Part shown: one piece after another, positions 9,327 to 19,642 of the stretch
Layout of the letters: every line of letters begins with the position of its first letter
Numbering within the stretch: the stretch's first letter is position 1
DNA from: Polyangia bacterium
GTDB taxonomy: Bacteria > Myxococcota_A > Polyangia > JAAYKL01
Direction: 5' to 3'
NCBI GenBank assembly: GCA_050287845.1
Contig: JBNKCR010000030.1
Coordinates: 1-64,000, forward strand
DNA length: 64,000 nt
Translations under genes and position numbers: made by a program
The notes under the pieces: generated by a model
Told to the model about the DNA's origin: nothing
Databases searched by the model: none
What the model saw: the letters and a program-made list of their open reading frames with translations, nothing else

Positions 9327-11339
9327 ATGAAAACGCAACCCCAAAAAACTGTGCGCACGCCGTCAACGGGACTGGCAAAAAAACGAATCACACTGAAACA
9401 CCTCGCATGGTTTCTGGCGATTCTGATTGGTGCCGCCATTATATATCTGCTTTTTATTATCCCGCCGGTTCCGGAAATTATCAGTGACGAAGAGTTTGAG
9501 GCCAGAAACCGGATTTTCAAATTTTCCACAGATGCCACAGATACGGATAGCGCCAGTGACTCCCGCACCGAAAAGCCGAACTCAGAAACCCGGGCAGCCA
9601 ACCAATCCGCCCCCCCAATCCCGCACATGGCGCAAAGTCAGGCAACGGGCGTGGGGAAGCGCCATGGGGGAGAAGAAGGACAGATGGGGTTGCGGGGGAC
9701 TGGACGGGGCGGTGGCGCCAACGGTGGGGGAACCATTGGCCTCGGCCGGCTGTCCACTATCGGCCACGGCGGCGGCGGGGGAATGGGTTTGGGGTACGGA
9801 CGGGGCGCCGGAGGGCTGGCGGGGATACGCGGTTCGCAGTTTTCACAGGCGGGATTTATTTCGGCCCAATCTGCCACGCCTCCTTTCAACACCGAAGCGT
9901 ATGCCCACCTGCCGGAAAACACGTTCCTGAAAGTGGTGGATTCTCCCCTGAGCACCTTTTCCATTGATGTGGATACGGCGTCCTATGCCAATATGCGCCG
10001 ATTCCTCAACCAGGGAAACCTGCCTCCTGCGGATGCGGTCCGGATAGAAGAGATGGTGAACTATTTTACGTACGCGTATCCCGACCCGCCCGACGACGTC
10101 CCCTTCGCGACCAGCGTGGAAACCACCCCATGCCCGTGGAAGCCGGGACACCTCCTCACCCGCATCGGACTGAAGGCCCGAACCATTGCGCCCACGCAGC
10201 GTCCGATTGCCAATCTGGTATTTCTGGTGGACGTCTCCGGCTCCATGTTTGCACCGCAGAAACTGCCCCTGCTCAAGCGGAGCATGGCCATGCTGGTGGG
10301 ACAGTTGCGTCCTGAGGACCGGGTGGCCATCGCCGTGTACGCCGGCGCCAGCGGTGTGGTGCTCAAAAGCACGCCGGCGGCGAACCGGCGCGCCATTCTG
10401 GATGCCATCTATCATCTGGAAGCCGGTGGCAGCACCAACGGCGCTGCGGGCATTCAGCAGGCATATCAGTTGGCCCGCGCCCATTTCGTGAAAGACGGCA
10501 TCAATCGGGTCATTCTGGCGACGGACGGTGATTTCAACGTGGGCGTGACTTCTCAAGGTGAACTGACCCGGCTCATCGAAAACAAACGAAAATCCGGCGT
10601 GTATCTCAGCGTGCTGGGATTCGGCATGGGCAATTACAAGGACCATACCCTCGAACAGCTGGCCGATAAAGGCAATGGGAACTACGCGTACATCGACACC
10701 CTGAAGGAAGCGGAGAAAGTGCTGGTAAAACAATTGGGACAAACATTGGTGACCGTTGCCCGGGATGTGAAGATACAGGTGGAGTTCAATCCCAAAAAGG
10801 TTCGGGCCTATCGTCTGATTGGCTATGAAAACCGCAAACTGGCCGACAGAGACTTCAACGATGATACAAAGGATGCGGGAGATATTGGCGCCGGACACAC
10901 CGTCACCGCCATGTATGAACTCATTCCCGTATCGGAGACTGCCCCCCTGTCCCTGCCATCGGTGGATTCCCTGAGATACCAGCAGAGTCGCCCCCTTCGT
11001 GCCCAGGCCGATGGCAACGAACTGTACACGCTGAAGTTGCGCTACAAACATCCGGAAGAAACCCGCAGCCGGCGACTGACGTTTCCAATTCCGGCCGATG
11101 TCCATGAACTGAACCATGCCTCCGGCGATTTCCGGTTTGCCGCCGCGGTGGTCGGCGTGGGGATGCTGCTGCGCAAGTCTGCATGGGCGAAAGGAACCAC
11201 CCTGGAGGAGATGAAACGTCTTGCCCGAAACAGCGCGGGCAACGACCCGAACGGCTATCGCAAAGAGTTTATCGAGCTGATTTCGAAAGTGCAGAAACTC
11301 ACCCGGCGCACGCCCGGCCGTGTCACCCGGAATGACTGA
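9327..11339 (+). CDS. Membrane-anchored VWA protein (YfbK/DUF3520-type) with Gly-rich segment
   Basis: STFSIDVDTASY, DVSGSM, LATDGDFNVG, YRLIGYENR; N-terminal TM. Confidence 0.92.
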   Translation: MKTQPQKTVRTPSTGLAKKRITLKHLAWFLAILIGAAIIYLLFIIPPVPEIISDEEFEARNRIFKFSTDATDTDSASDSRTEKPNSETRAANQSAPPIPHMAQSQATGVGKRHGGEEGQMGLRGTGRGGGANGGGTIGLGRLSTIGHGGGGGMGLGYGRGAGGLAGIRGSQFSQAGFISAQSATPPFNTEAYAHLPENTFLKVVDSPLSTFSIDVDTASYANMRRFLNQGNLPPADAVRIEEMVNYFTYAYPDPPDDVPFATSVETTPCPWKPGHLLTRIGLKARTIAPTQRPIANLVFLVDVSGSMFAPQKLPLLKRSMAMLVGQLRPEDRVAIAVYAGASGVVLKSTPAANRRAILDAIYHLEAGGSTNGAAGIQQAYQLARAHFVKDGINRVILATDGDFNVGVTSQGELTRLIENKRKSGVYLSVLGFGMGNYKDHTLEQLADKGNGNYAYIDTLKEAEKVLVKQLGQTLVTVARDVKIQVEFNPKKVRAYRLIGYENRKLADRDFNDDTKDAGDIGAGHTVTAMYELIPVSETAPLSLPSVDSLRYQQSRPLRAQADGNELYTLKLRYKHPEETRSRRLTFPIPADVHELNHASGDFRFAAAVVGVGMLLRKSAWAKGTTLEEMKRLARNSAGNDPNGYRKEFIELISKVQKLTRRTPGRVTRND

Positions 11340-11355
11340 CGGAGCCGGGGATTTC

Positions 11356-12855
11356 TCATCTGATGGTGACGAAACGGCGACCATCCGCTTTGCAGATGCT
11401 CTTCACCCGCGCGCGCGCGCCCATGGCCACACAACTGACCCCCAGCTGGGCATCGGACCACTGCCCCACCATGTGAAAATTGGACAGTCCCGGCAGGGTT
11501 CGCGACAGCCCCTGCCGCTGAATCACTCCGGCGTTGGCCTTTGGTGGCCCTGCCTGCCAGCCGAATCGGTTTCGGGTGTACCGCTCCGCAGTGGGCGGCG
11601 TGCAGACATCGATCACTTCAACAGCCTCCTTCACGCCCAAAACCCGGTGGCTGATTTTATCTGTCAGCATCTCTGCCAGTTGCTGCTTGCGCGCGCGATA
11701 GTCCGTTCGATTCTCGTCCCGCAGATTTTTCCAGTAACTGTAGGTGCCGCAGACTTCCAGTTTAATGATGCTCCGTTCTCCCCCGGTCAGACCGCTGTCC
11801 GGATGATAGGCGGTCATGAGCATTGAATCCTGGCGATGTTCGCCCACGTCAAACGGCTCGTCGAACAGCAGTATTGTAGAATGGGGCACTTCCGCGACCG
11901 GTCTGTTCAACCCCAGGAACACCACAACGCCAAATGGCGCCACATCCCCGGCCTCGCTGAAATACTGCTCAATCGTTTCGCTCGTGTATTGCCCATGAAG
12001 CAGGTCGTGAACCGTGTGATACCCATCCCCCGCAGCCACCACCCGGTCCGCGGGCACTTCTTCGCCCCCGGTAAGACGAACGCCGATGGCCCTGTCGTTT
12101 CGCACCATGATTTCTTCCACATTTTTCCGGTAGTGAATGGTGCCCCCCAGCGCGTGCACCCGTTTTTCGATGGCATCACTGAGTCCCTGAGACCCCCCAA
12201 CCGGCCAGCCGAAATCCCCCTGGGAAAGCCCGGCCATAAAATACAGCAGTGCCATCATCGGAACATCATCGCCGTTGATGTCATACATCAGGTGATGAAA
12301 CGCCCGTTTCATAAACGGATGCTGCAACCTTTCGGCATATTGCCCCAGCTTCATTTTATTCCATCTGGAGATGGCCGGTACACAGGGCAGCGCTTTCAGG
12401 GTTCTCAGGGCCCCACCCAGAGCCATGGCCCCCAAATCCGCCTTCGCAAACTTCTTCGCCTGACGAATGAGAACATCAATGGGCGCGACATCTTCACGAA
12501 ACTCTGTGGCAATATGGGACCGCAATCGGTCCAAATCCGTGTACCAGTTGAGCACGTTGCCGTGGACATCTTCAACGCGACAGAACTGTTCGTGGCGCAG
12601 TATTGGTGTCTGCTGGAGCGCTCCCAATTCATCCCAGACCATTTTCACCGCTGTTTTTTCCGACGTCCCCGCCAGATTATGCACGCAGTAGTCGAATACA
12701 AAATTTCGACGGCTCCAGGACGTGCACATCCCCCCGCACTTGCTGTGGGCTTCAAAAATTTCCACATCGTAACCGTTCATCAACGCGTAGCAGCCGGCGG
12801 ACAGTCCAGCCACGCCAGCGCCAATCACCACAATTTTCTTTGCTTTTGTCGTCAT
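11356..12855 (-). CDS. Phytoene desaturase-family FAD-dependent oxidoreductase
   Basis: GAGVAGL Rossmann motif; PVGGSQ; TPPT.ERYT; NFHMVGQW. Confidence 0.88.
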   Translation of the reverse strand: MTTKAKKIVVIGAGVAGLSAGCYALMNGYDVEIFEAHSKCGGMCTSWSRRNFVFDYCVHNLAGTSEKTAVKMVWDELGALQQTPILRHEQFCRVEDVHGNVLNWYTDLDRLRSHIATEFREDVAPIDVLIRQAKKFAKADLGAMALGGALRTLKALPCVPAISRWNKMKLGQYAERLQHPFMKRAFHHLMYDINGDDVPMMALLYFMAGLSQGDFGWPVGGSQGLSDAIEKRVHALGGTIHYRKNVEEIMVRNDRAIGVRLTGGEEVPADRVVAAGDGYHTVHDLLHGQYTSETIEQYFSEAGDVAPFGVVVFLGLNRPVAEVPHSTILLFDEPFDVGEHRQDSMLMTAYHPDSGLTGGERSIIKLEVCGTYSYWKNLRDENRTDYRARKQQLAEMLTDKISHRVLGVKEAVEVIDVCTPPTAERYTRNRFGWQAGPPKANAGVIQRQGLSRTLPGLSNFHMVGQWSDAQLGVSCVAMGARARVKSICKADGRRFVTIR

Positions 12856-13017
12856 ACGCCAACTCTCCTGAATGAATTTACCGGCATCTTAAAGGCAAAC
12901 AGAATGAATCTCCAGTCATTCCGGCGACCCTGCCATTTCGGAGGGATTCACTTTTTTTGCAACAAGCGACATCCAGCGGCCGAATCGGGGCAAAACCATT
13001 GCCAAAAGGAGTACGCC

Positions 13018-14232
13018 ATGCGTCACATTATTTTTTTCACCACGCTGTTTTTCGCTTTTTCCATCGCATCCCCCCCGGACGCGCAAGGCGCCGCTGGCCC
13101 GGCCGGTGAGTTGATTATGGTTGTGGGAGAACAGCACGTGCTGGATGCCACGGGGATTGACAGTTTTTCAGAGAGCACCCGGGGCATCGTGGAAATAAAA
13201 ATCCCAAAAAACGGCAGGCAACTGGTGATCACCGCCATTCGATCCGGCAATACGTCGCTTCTCCTTCTCGATGCGCAGGGCAATCAACGGCAGCTGTCCA
13301 TTTCGGTCTTTGGCAGAAAGCCGGAAGCATTGATTGCCGAGCTGAACGAACTGATTGGCGCAGCGCCGGGGATACACCTTCGCCAATCCGGAGCCCGAAT
13401 CATTGTGGACGGCACAGTCCCCACCGAAAACGAACGCAATCGAATCCATCAGATTCTATCCCTTTACCCCGGTCAGACGCTTTCCCTGGTTCAGGTCGGC
13501 CCCACGGTGCAACCCCGAACCAATATCCGTCTGGACCTGACATTTGTGGAGTTCCACACCAGCGACGACCTTGCGGGGGGAATACAGTGGCCCAGCGATT
13601 TTGGTGCCGGTGACGCCAATTTCACCCTGGACCTCATTTCCGGCATGCCTGCGGCGTCCTACAGAATCGTCAGCCAGATGATGCCCTCCCTTCACGCTGC
13701 CCAGGCCCGAGGCCACGCAAAAATTCGCAAACAGGCCCATCTGATGACCACCGATGGCAATAGCGCCACATACACCAGTGGCGGCGAAATCAACATTCCC
13801 ATTGCCGGGTCGCAGGCCGCAGAACTCAGGAGCATCCCGTATGGCTGCAATCTGAAAGTGTTGCCTCATATAGATTCCGAATCAGGACTTGTCGACTTGC
13901 AGGTGGAGGCAGAAGTATCCGAACTCCGGGATACCAACCAGAGTGTCCCTGGAAGAACCATCTCCAAAGTCAGTACCCTGGTTCATCTGGGACTCGGACA
14001 ATCCATTGTGCTCTCAGGGCTGGATTCCCAGACCGAAAGCAAATCCAGAAAGGGCATTCCCTTTTTATCCCGCATCCCGATTTTCGGCCTGCTGTTTGGC
14101 ACCCACATGAGACGGAATGAAAAAGTCACCGGCATCATCGCCATCACCCCAGTGGTCATCGATAATGTGGATCGGGAAAGTCAGCGGCAAATAAACGATG
14201 CACTTGAAAAATTCCGGAAATTCAAAGGATAG
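13018..14232 (+). CDS. Tad/Flp pilus secretin-like protein (CpaC/RcpA family)
   Basis: AGGAG RBS, signal peptide, N-terminal pilus-formation domain, BON-like segment, GGEINIP and KGIPFLSRIPIFGLLF secretin motifs. Confidence 0.85.
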   Translation: MRHIIFFTTLFFAFSIASPPDAQGAAGPAGELIMVVGEQHVLDATGIDSFSESTRGIVEIKIPKNGRQLVITAIRSGNTSLLLLDAQGNQRQLSISVFGRKPEALIAELNELIGAAPGIHLRQSGARIIVDGTVPTENERNRIHQILSLYPGQTLSLVQVGPTVQPRTNIRLDLTFVEFHTSDDLAGGIQWPSDFGAGDANFTLDLISGMPAASYRIVSQMMPSLHAAQARGHAKIRKQAHLMTTDGNSATYTSGGEINIPIAGSQAAELRSIPYGCNLKVLPHIDSESGLVDLQVEAEVSELRDTNQSVPGRTISKVSTLVHLGLGQSIVLSGLDSQTESKSRKGIPFLSRIPIFGLLFGTHMRRNEKVTGIIAITPVVIDNVDRESQRQINDALEKFRKFKG

Positions 14233-14394
14233 CTTTTTTTTCAGCGCAACAGAATATTGTAAATTCATTCACTGAAGCATTTCTTCTCACAATCGCTATT
14301 TTCAACACGTAACCATCTGTCTGAAAACGAAACCAGTAATCTGTTCTGTTCTCAGTCATTTTCAAAATAGTTAATTAGTTATCATTACAAACTC

Positions 14395-14423
14395 TTGTTT
14401 GAACTATACAGACCTTCTATGCT
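14395..14423 (+). promoter_or_regulatory. Possible sigma70-type promoter for the CAZyme cluster
   Basis: TTGTTT-N17-TATGCT in AT-rich intergenic DNA. Confidence 0.35.
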
Positions 14424-14481
14424 ACTTATATGGTGAGCCAGTCAGTTTGGCTGAGAACAACTCCGGGAGATAAAAGACACG

Positions 14482-15750
14482 ATGTTAGAGACGAAAAAAA
14501 TGCAATTGTTACTGGGACTGCTGCTTGCCATCATCTGCCTGTATGGATGCGGTGAGAGCTCAGGTGAGGATACAGATACATCAGACGCGGATACCGACTC
14601 CGATTCCGATTCCGACACCGACTCCGACTCCGACTCCGATACGGACTCCGACACCGATTCAGACTCCGATTCGGACTCCGACTCCGATACGGACTCCGAC
14701 ACCGATACGGACTCCGATTCCGATTCCGACACCGATACGGACTCCGACACCGATACGGACTCCGACACCGACACTGACACCGACACCGACACTGACTCCG
14801 ACACCGATACCGACTCCGACTCCGATACCGACTCCGATACCGACACCGACACCGATACCGACACCGATTCCGATTCCGACACCGACACCGACTCCGACTC
14901 CGACTCCGATACCGATTCCGATACCGATTCCGGAACCGAATCCAATGAACCTCAGATGTATTTTTTCCTCTGCTTCGGTCAGTCCAATATGTCCGGACAG
15001 GCTGAACCCTCCGGCGCAGACAATAATCCGCCGGAACGTCTGAAAGTGCTGGCCGCCGCCAACCACAGTGGACGCACGGTCGGAGAAATTTATCCGGCGG
15101 TACCACCCCTTGCACACAGTGGCTCCAAGATGGGGCCCGCTGATTTCTTCGGTCGAAAGCTGGTTGCGGAATTGCCCGAGAACATCACTGTTGTGATCAT
15201 CAACGTATCAATCGGTGGCCAGAGTATTGAACTGTTCCAGCCAAATGTGAACATCAACACCTACATCGCGGAGCAGACCGCGATGAACTCCGGTTTTTCC
15301 GGCGACTGGTGGGCAGGGTACCTGAACGAATATGGTGGCGATCTGTATGCCCGAATGGTGGCAATGGGCAAAAAGGCGGAGGAACTCGGAAAGCTCAAGG
15401 GAATTCTGCTGCACCAGGGGGAAGCAGATTGGACCGACGTGAAACCGCGATGGCCGAGTCTGGTAAAAAATACGTACGACAATCTGGTGCAGGATATTGG
15501 CGTCAATCCCGACGAGGTGCCATTGCTGGTGGGTGAGCTGGGCTATGAAAATCAGGGGGGCGACATGGGCTGGTTCAACGGCGAGGTGATTTCGCAGGTT
15601 CCGGGTCTGATCCCGAACGCCTATGTCATCTCCGCGGACGGATGCCCCATGCTCGTGGAAGCGAGCTATACACTTCATTTTACGAGACAGGGATATGAGA
15701 TGCTGGGCGAAAGATACGCGGATAAGATGCTGGAACTTCTGGGCCATTGA
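14482..15750 (+). CDS. Lipoprotein sialate O-acetylesterase / CE6-like acetylxylan esterase with long DS/DT linker
   Basis: Lipobox LYGC; GQSNM, HQGE, LHF motifs. Confidence 0.88.
   Translation: MLETKKMQLLLGLLLAIICLYGCGESSGEDTDTSDADTDSDSDSDTDSDSDSDTDSDTDSDSDSDSDSDTDSDTDTDSDSDSDTDTDSDTDTDSDTDTDTDTDTDSDTDTDSDSDTDSDTDTDTDTDTDSDSDTDTDSDSDSDTDSDTDSGTESNEPQMYFFLCFGQSNMSGQAEPSGADNNPPERLKVLAAANHSGRTVGEIYPAVPPLAHSGSKMGPADFFGRKLVAELPENITVVIINVSIGGQSIELFQPNVNINTYIAEQTAMNSGFSGDWWAGYLNEYGGDLYARMVAMGKKAEELGKLKGILLHQGEADWTDVKPRWPSLVKNTYDNLVQDIGVNPDEVPLLVGELGYENQGGDMGWFNGEVISQVPGLIPNAYVISADGCPMLVEASYTLHFTRQGYEMLGERYADKMLELLGH
14569..14940 (+). repeat. Degenerate 6-bp (GAY-TCN/ACN) repeat encoding an (Asp-Ser/Thr)n linker of about 120 aa
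   Basis: Seen directly. Similar tracts at about 15971-16147, 17636-17776, 19713-19935 and 26779-26990. Confidence 0.95.
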
Positions 15751-15871
15751 ACCGCCACCAAATCAAAAACTGATTCAACTCGTCAAGACCCACCCCTTCT
15801 ACCCGCATTTTTACACATCAGACTGTAGGAAAAATTTACTTCGCTTTCGTGAAGAAGAGGAGATGTACGAG

Positions 15872-17497
15872 ATGATCATAAAAGCATTGCAACTCAACCT
15901 TCTATTTGCCCTGATAACGGCAATGGGCCTGATTGGATGTGGTAACAACCCGGGCAATGACGAGGGAACATCGGATTCGGACTCAGATTCCGATTCAGAC
16001 TCGGATTCCGATTCAGACTCGGATTCCGATTCAGACACCGACACCGACACCGATTCGGACACGGATTCCGACACCGACTCCGATACAGACACAGATTCCG
16101 ATACAGACACGGACAGTGATTCCGATTCGGACAGTGATTCGGATACGGGTAACGGCGCCTGCCAGTATGATTGCACCGCCCATTGCGTTTCATGGGGAGG
16201 AACCCTGGTGGACGGCGTCTGCGACGATGGTTTGCGATGCTGCGATGATTACACAGCTCCCGATACGGACACGGATTCCGACACCGATACGGACACGGAT
16301 TCCGACTCGGATACGTCTTCCCAGTGCAGCACCGCCTGGGATACCATTGGTGACAAGGGAGACGGACTGGCGCTGACCCCGCCCATGGGGTGGAACAGCT
16401 GGAACGTTTTTCATGAAAATATCAATGAAGCCCAAATCAAGGAAATCGCCGATGCCATGGTCAGTTCCGGTATGAAGGATGCCGGCTATCAGTACATCAA
16501 CCTGGACGACAACTGGATGGCGGCGCGGCAGAATGGCCAGATGATGGTGGACACACAACGGTTTCCAAATGGGATGGACGGCCTTGCGGACTACATTCAC
16601 GGATTGGGGCTGAAGCTGGGTATTTACGGAGACAGGGGGGTGGAGACCTGTCACAATTACAACAATAAGATTACCAAAAACAGTGGCAGTTACGGCCACG
16701 AGGAAGCAGATGCCCAGGCCTTCGCATCCTGGGGGGTGGATTATCTGAAATATGACAACTGCGATCCGGCGCCGGGCAGGGATGGCGATCAGGCACAGCG
16801 GGAAGACTACGAAAAGATGGCCGCGGCACTGAAAGCCTCGGGCAGACCGATTGTGTTCAGCATCTGTGCATGGGACTACAAGCCCTGGATGCCCGCTGTC
16901 GGTCACCTGTGGCGCAGCACGTTTGATATCGGTCCCTGTTTCAGCGACGCCAACGGTTGCAGCAGCTGGTACCGGAATATTGATCAGATTATTGACGAAA
17001 ACAACGAAACGCCCGACCAGGCCGGTCCGGGACACTGGAACGATCCGGATATGCTGGAAATCGGCAACCATGGTCTGTCGGATACCGAAGCCGCTGCTCA
17101 CTTCAGCATGTGGGCGATTATGGCGGCGCCTCTTATCGCCGGAAATGACCTTCGAAATATGTCCGCTGAGGTGAAAAACATTCTGACCAATACGGATGTC
17201 ATTGCGATAAATCAGGATCCGGCAGGCATTCAGGGCACCCGTGTGGTGGATAACGGCGATTTGGAAGTATGGATGAAACCCCTCTGCACGCCGGATGGTC
17301 CCGAAAAGGGTGTCGCCCTGTTCAACCGCAGTGGCGGTACGACTGACATTTCGGTGAACTTCAGCGATATAGGCATCAACGGCACCGCCACCGTTCGAGA
17401 CCTCTGGCAGCATCAGGACATGGGTGAATTCACGGGCTCCTATTCGGCATCTGTTCCCTCCCACGGCGTGGTGATGCTGCGAATCGCGCAACAATGA
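15872..17497 (+). CDS. Lipoprotein GH27 alpha-galactosidase with DS/DT linkers and six-Cys module
   Basis: [34 protein letters not shown]; lipobox LIGC; GAGGAG RBS. Confidence 0.93.
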   Translation: MIIKALQLNLLFALITAMGLIGCGNNPGNDEGTSDSDSDSDSDSDSDSDSDSDSDTDTDTDSDTDSDTDSDTDTDSDTDTDSDSDSDSDSDTGNGACQYDCTAHCVSWGGTLVDGVCDDGLRCCDDYTAPDTDTDSDTDTDTDSDSDTSSQCSTAWDTIGDKGDGLALTPPMGWNSWNVFHENINEAQIKEIADAMVSSGMKDAGYQYINLDDNWMAARQNGQMMVDTQRFPNGMDGLADYIHGLGLKLGIYGDRGVETCHNYNNKITKNSGSYGHEEADAQAFASWGVDYLKYDNCDPAPGRDGDQAQREDYEKMAAALKASGRPIVFSICAWDYKPWMPAVGHLWRSTFDIGPCFSDANGCSSWYRNIDQIIDENNETPDQAGPGHWNDPDMLEIGNHGLSDTEAAAHFSMWAIMAAPLIAGNDLRNMSAEVKNILTNTDVIAINQDPAGIQGTRVVDNGDLEVWMKPLCTPDGPEKGVALFNRSGGTTDISVNFSDIGINGTATVRDLWQHQDMGEFTGSYSASVPSHGVVMLRIAQQ

Positions 17498-17536
17498 ATC
17501 GAAAAGGATTCACGGAAAAATGAAAAGGAAGAATGT

Positions 17537-18793
17537 ATGAAATATTTTGTCAGAATTTTGGAATTGATTCTTTTACTCAGTATCGCATCGTTGCTGACAA
17601 TGTGTGGTGAAAACACCAACGACGATTCCGGTACGACCGATTCGGATTCGGACTCAGATACAGACTCGGATTCGGATACAGATTCGGATACTGACACAGA
17701 TACCGATACGGACACCGACACAGATACGGACACAGACACAGACACCGATTCCGATTCCGATTCCGATTCGGATGATTCCTGTGCATACGAGTGTCTGCCC
17801 CATTGCACCTCCTGGGGTGGCGAACAGATGGAGGGCACCTGTGACGACAATCTGAGATGTTGTGACGGTGCGACCATCCCGGATACCGATACCGGAAGCG
17901 ATACAGATACGGATACGGATACCGATACCGATACCGACACGGACACCGATACCGATACCGATTCAGACACCGACAACGGTGTCCCGGGGGATTATCCGAT
18001 AGGAAATGATCCGGTTCTGAGCCCGGCCTGCGGTACACCGACAACCTTGACCACTGGTGAGCGCAGCATTAACAGCACGAACCAGAACCGAGTCTATTAC
18101 CTCGACATTCCCAGAGATTATGATGAGAACAAGCCGTACCGCCTGTTCTACATCTCCCACTGGATTGGTTCCCGCTACCAGGATATGGTCAACAACAATT
18201 TCTACGGTCTTAAAACAATCGCAGAGGCTTCAGGGGAACCCGCCATCTTCATCGCCCCCAGCTCGGACGGCTCCACCTGGCAGGAAAAGGACCATGCCCT
18301 GTTCGACGACCTCCTGGCTTTCGCCAAGGAAAATCTGTGCTTCGACACTTCTCGCGTGTTTACGACCGGATTCAGCTTTGGCGGGATGATCACTTACTCA
18401 TTGTCGACAAATCATCAGAAGGACATTCGCGCTGCGGTGGGTATTGCCCCTGCCAACTACAACATCTGGCTGCCCCAGAAGACCCGGGAACCTATCGCGT
18501 GGATGCAGACCACCGGCATGGGCGACAACACCTGCCCCTGGGACCAGAACGGCAGCAGCAACGGAGCGAAGTGGATCGCACTGGAGAAAGCCGAAGATAA
18601 CAGCTGCACCATCCCCGGAAGCATCCCCACCTGGCAGAATGGCGACCATGTCTGCTACGACTTCGAGGGATGCGATGAGAACCATCCCACCAAGGCCTGT
18701 ACCTTCAACGGTGGACATCAGGCGGAGAGCAACGATTCCACATCCAGCAACTGGATCCCAGAAGTGTCCTGGGAGTTCTTCACCCAGTTCTGA
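17537..18793 (+). CDS. Lipoprotein alpha/beta-hydrolase esterase (CE1/feruloyl-esterase-like) with six-Cys module
   Basis: GFSFGG nucleophile elbow, D (GMGDNTC), H (FNGGH); atypical lipobox LTMC. Confidence 0.8.
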   Translation: MKYFVRILELILLLSIASLLTMCGENTNDDSGTTDSDSDSDTDSDSDTDSDTDTDTDTDTDTDTDTDTDTDSDSDSDSDDSCAYECLPHCTSWGGEQMEGTCDDNLRCCDGATIPDTDTGSDTDTDTDTDTDTDTDTDTDTDSDTDNGVPGDYPIGNDPVLSPACGTPTTLTTGERSINSTNQNRVYYLDIPRDYDENKPYRLFYISHWIGSRYQDMVNNNFYGLKTIAEASGEPAIFIAPSSDGSTWQEKDHALFDDLLAFAKENLCFDTSRVFTTGFSFGGMITYSLSTNHQKDIRAAVGIAPANYNIWLPQKTREPIAWMQTTGMGDNTCPWDQNGSSNGAKWIALEKAEDNSCTIPGSIPTWQNGDHVCYDFEGCDENHPTKACTFNGGHQAESNDSTSSNWIPEVSWEFFTQF

Positions 18794-18856
18794 AAAGGAA
18801 AGAGCAGCGGGAAGCTTCGCCTTGACCTGAAATGCAAATCGTGCGCAAATCATTGA

Positions 18857-19528
18857 ATGAGCATGGCACCCCATCACAGGTTGACATCCACTCCCCGTAC
18901 AATTGTAAGGCGCATTCATCCACAGCCGGATTCCCGGGTGAAGCATGCGCTCTGCGACGCGTTGGCGCGCGCACTGGCCAATGATCCCTTTGTTCGATTC
19001 ATTTACAGCAACCCGCGGCAACGGGAGGAAGTGCTTCCCGGATTTCTGGCAAATTTTGTGAACAGTTGTGTTAACGACGGCCACATCGATGTTCTTCTGC
19101 TGGAAACCGGAGAAGTGATTGGCGGCGCCCTGTGGATGGGGCCGGGAAACACCATGATCGCTCCCATCACGTTTATCTGGCGGATGGTGACCGGGGGCAC
19201 TCTTGGCGCTGCAGTGAAGCTCGGTATGAAAAGATTGAATCAGATGGCCCGATATGGAGAGGAAGTGGAGCGCATTCACCGACTGACGCCAATACCCCAC
19301 TACTATCTTTCTGTCCTGGGGATTGTTCCGGAATTTCAGGGAAGAGGACTGGGCGCGATGTTGCTTGCGCCCACCATTGAACAGGCGCGGAAGGAATCAT
19401 TATCGCTGTTTGCCGAATCCACCAATCCGAACAATCTTACTTTTTACGAAAGACGGGGATTCCAGAGATTTCACGATGGAAATCCAGCTTCAGGCCCCCC
19501 CTTTTTCGCGTTGCAGATGTTTCCCTGA
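18857..19528 (+). CDS. GNAT N-acetyltransferase
   Basis: VLGIVPEFQGRGLG and NLTFYERRGF motifs. Confidence 0.88.
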   Translation: MSMAPHHRLTSTPRTIVRRIHPQPDSRVKHALCDALARALANDPFVRFIYSNPRQREEVLPGFLANFVNSCVNDGHIDVLLLETGEVIGGALWMGPGNTMIAPITFIWRMVTGGTLGAAVKLGMKRLNQMARYGEEVERIHRLTPIPHYYLSVLGIVPEFQGRGLGAMLLAPTIEQARKESLSLFAESTNPNNLTFYERRGFQRFHDGNPASGPPFFALQMFP

Positions 19529-19642
19529 AAAAAGGGCATTTTCTCTACGCCAAATCCCGGTACAGTTTTACTTATCAGACGGGATAGTGGTAAAAAAAAG
19601 ATGTGCGCAATGCCACCGGCAACCTCGATAGAAAGGACATTC

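Noticed and set aside
9843..11384. 513-aa minus-strand ORF
   Set aside because: Shadow of the GC-rich VWA gene with no recognisable motifs; likewise 16190-17494.
11836..13017. 394-aa N-terminal extension of the 798-aa ORF
   Set aside because: Mostly antisense to the oxidoreductase; the real start is 13018 with RBS and signal peptide.
14442..15117. SE/SV, PT/PI, RC/RY and GV/GI repeat ORFs
   Set aside because: Alternative frames of the DS/DT hexamer repeat; only the frame joining lipobox and catalytic domain is credible.
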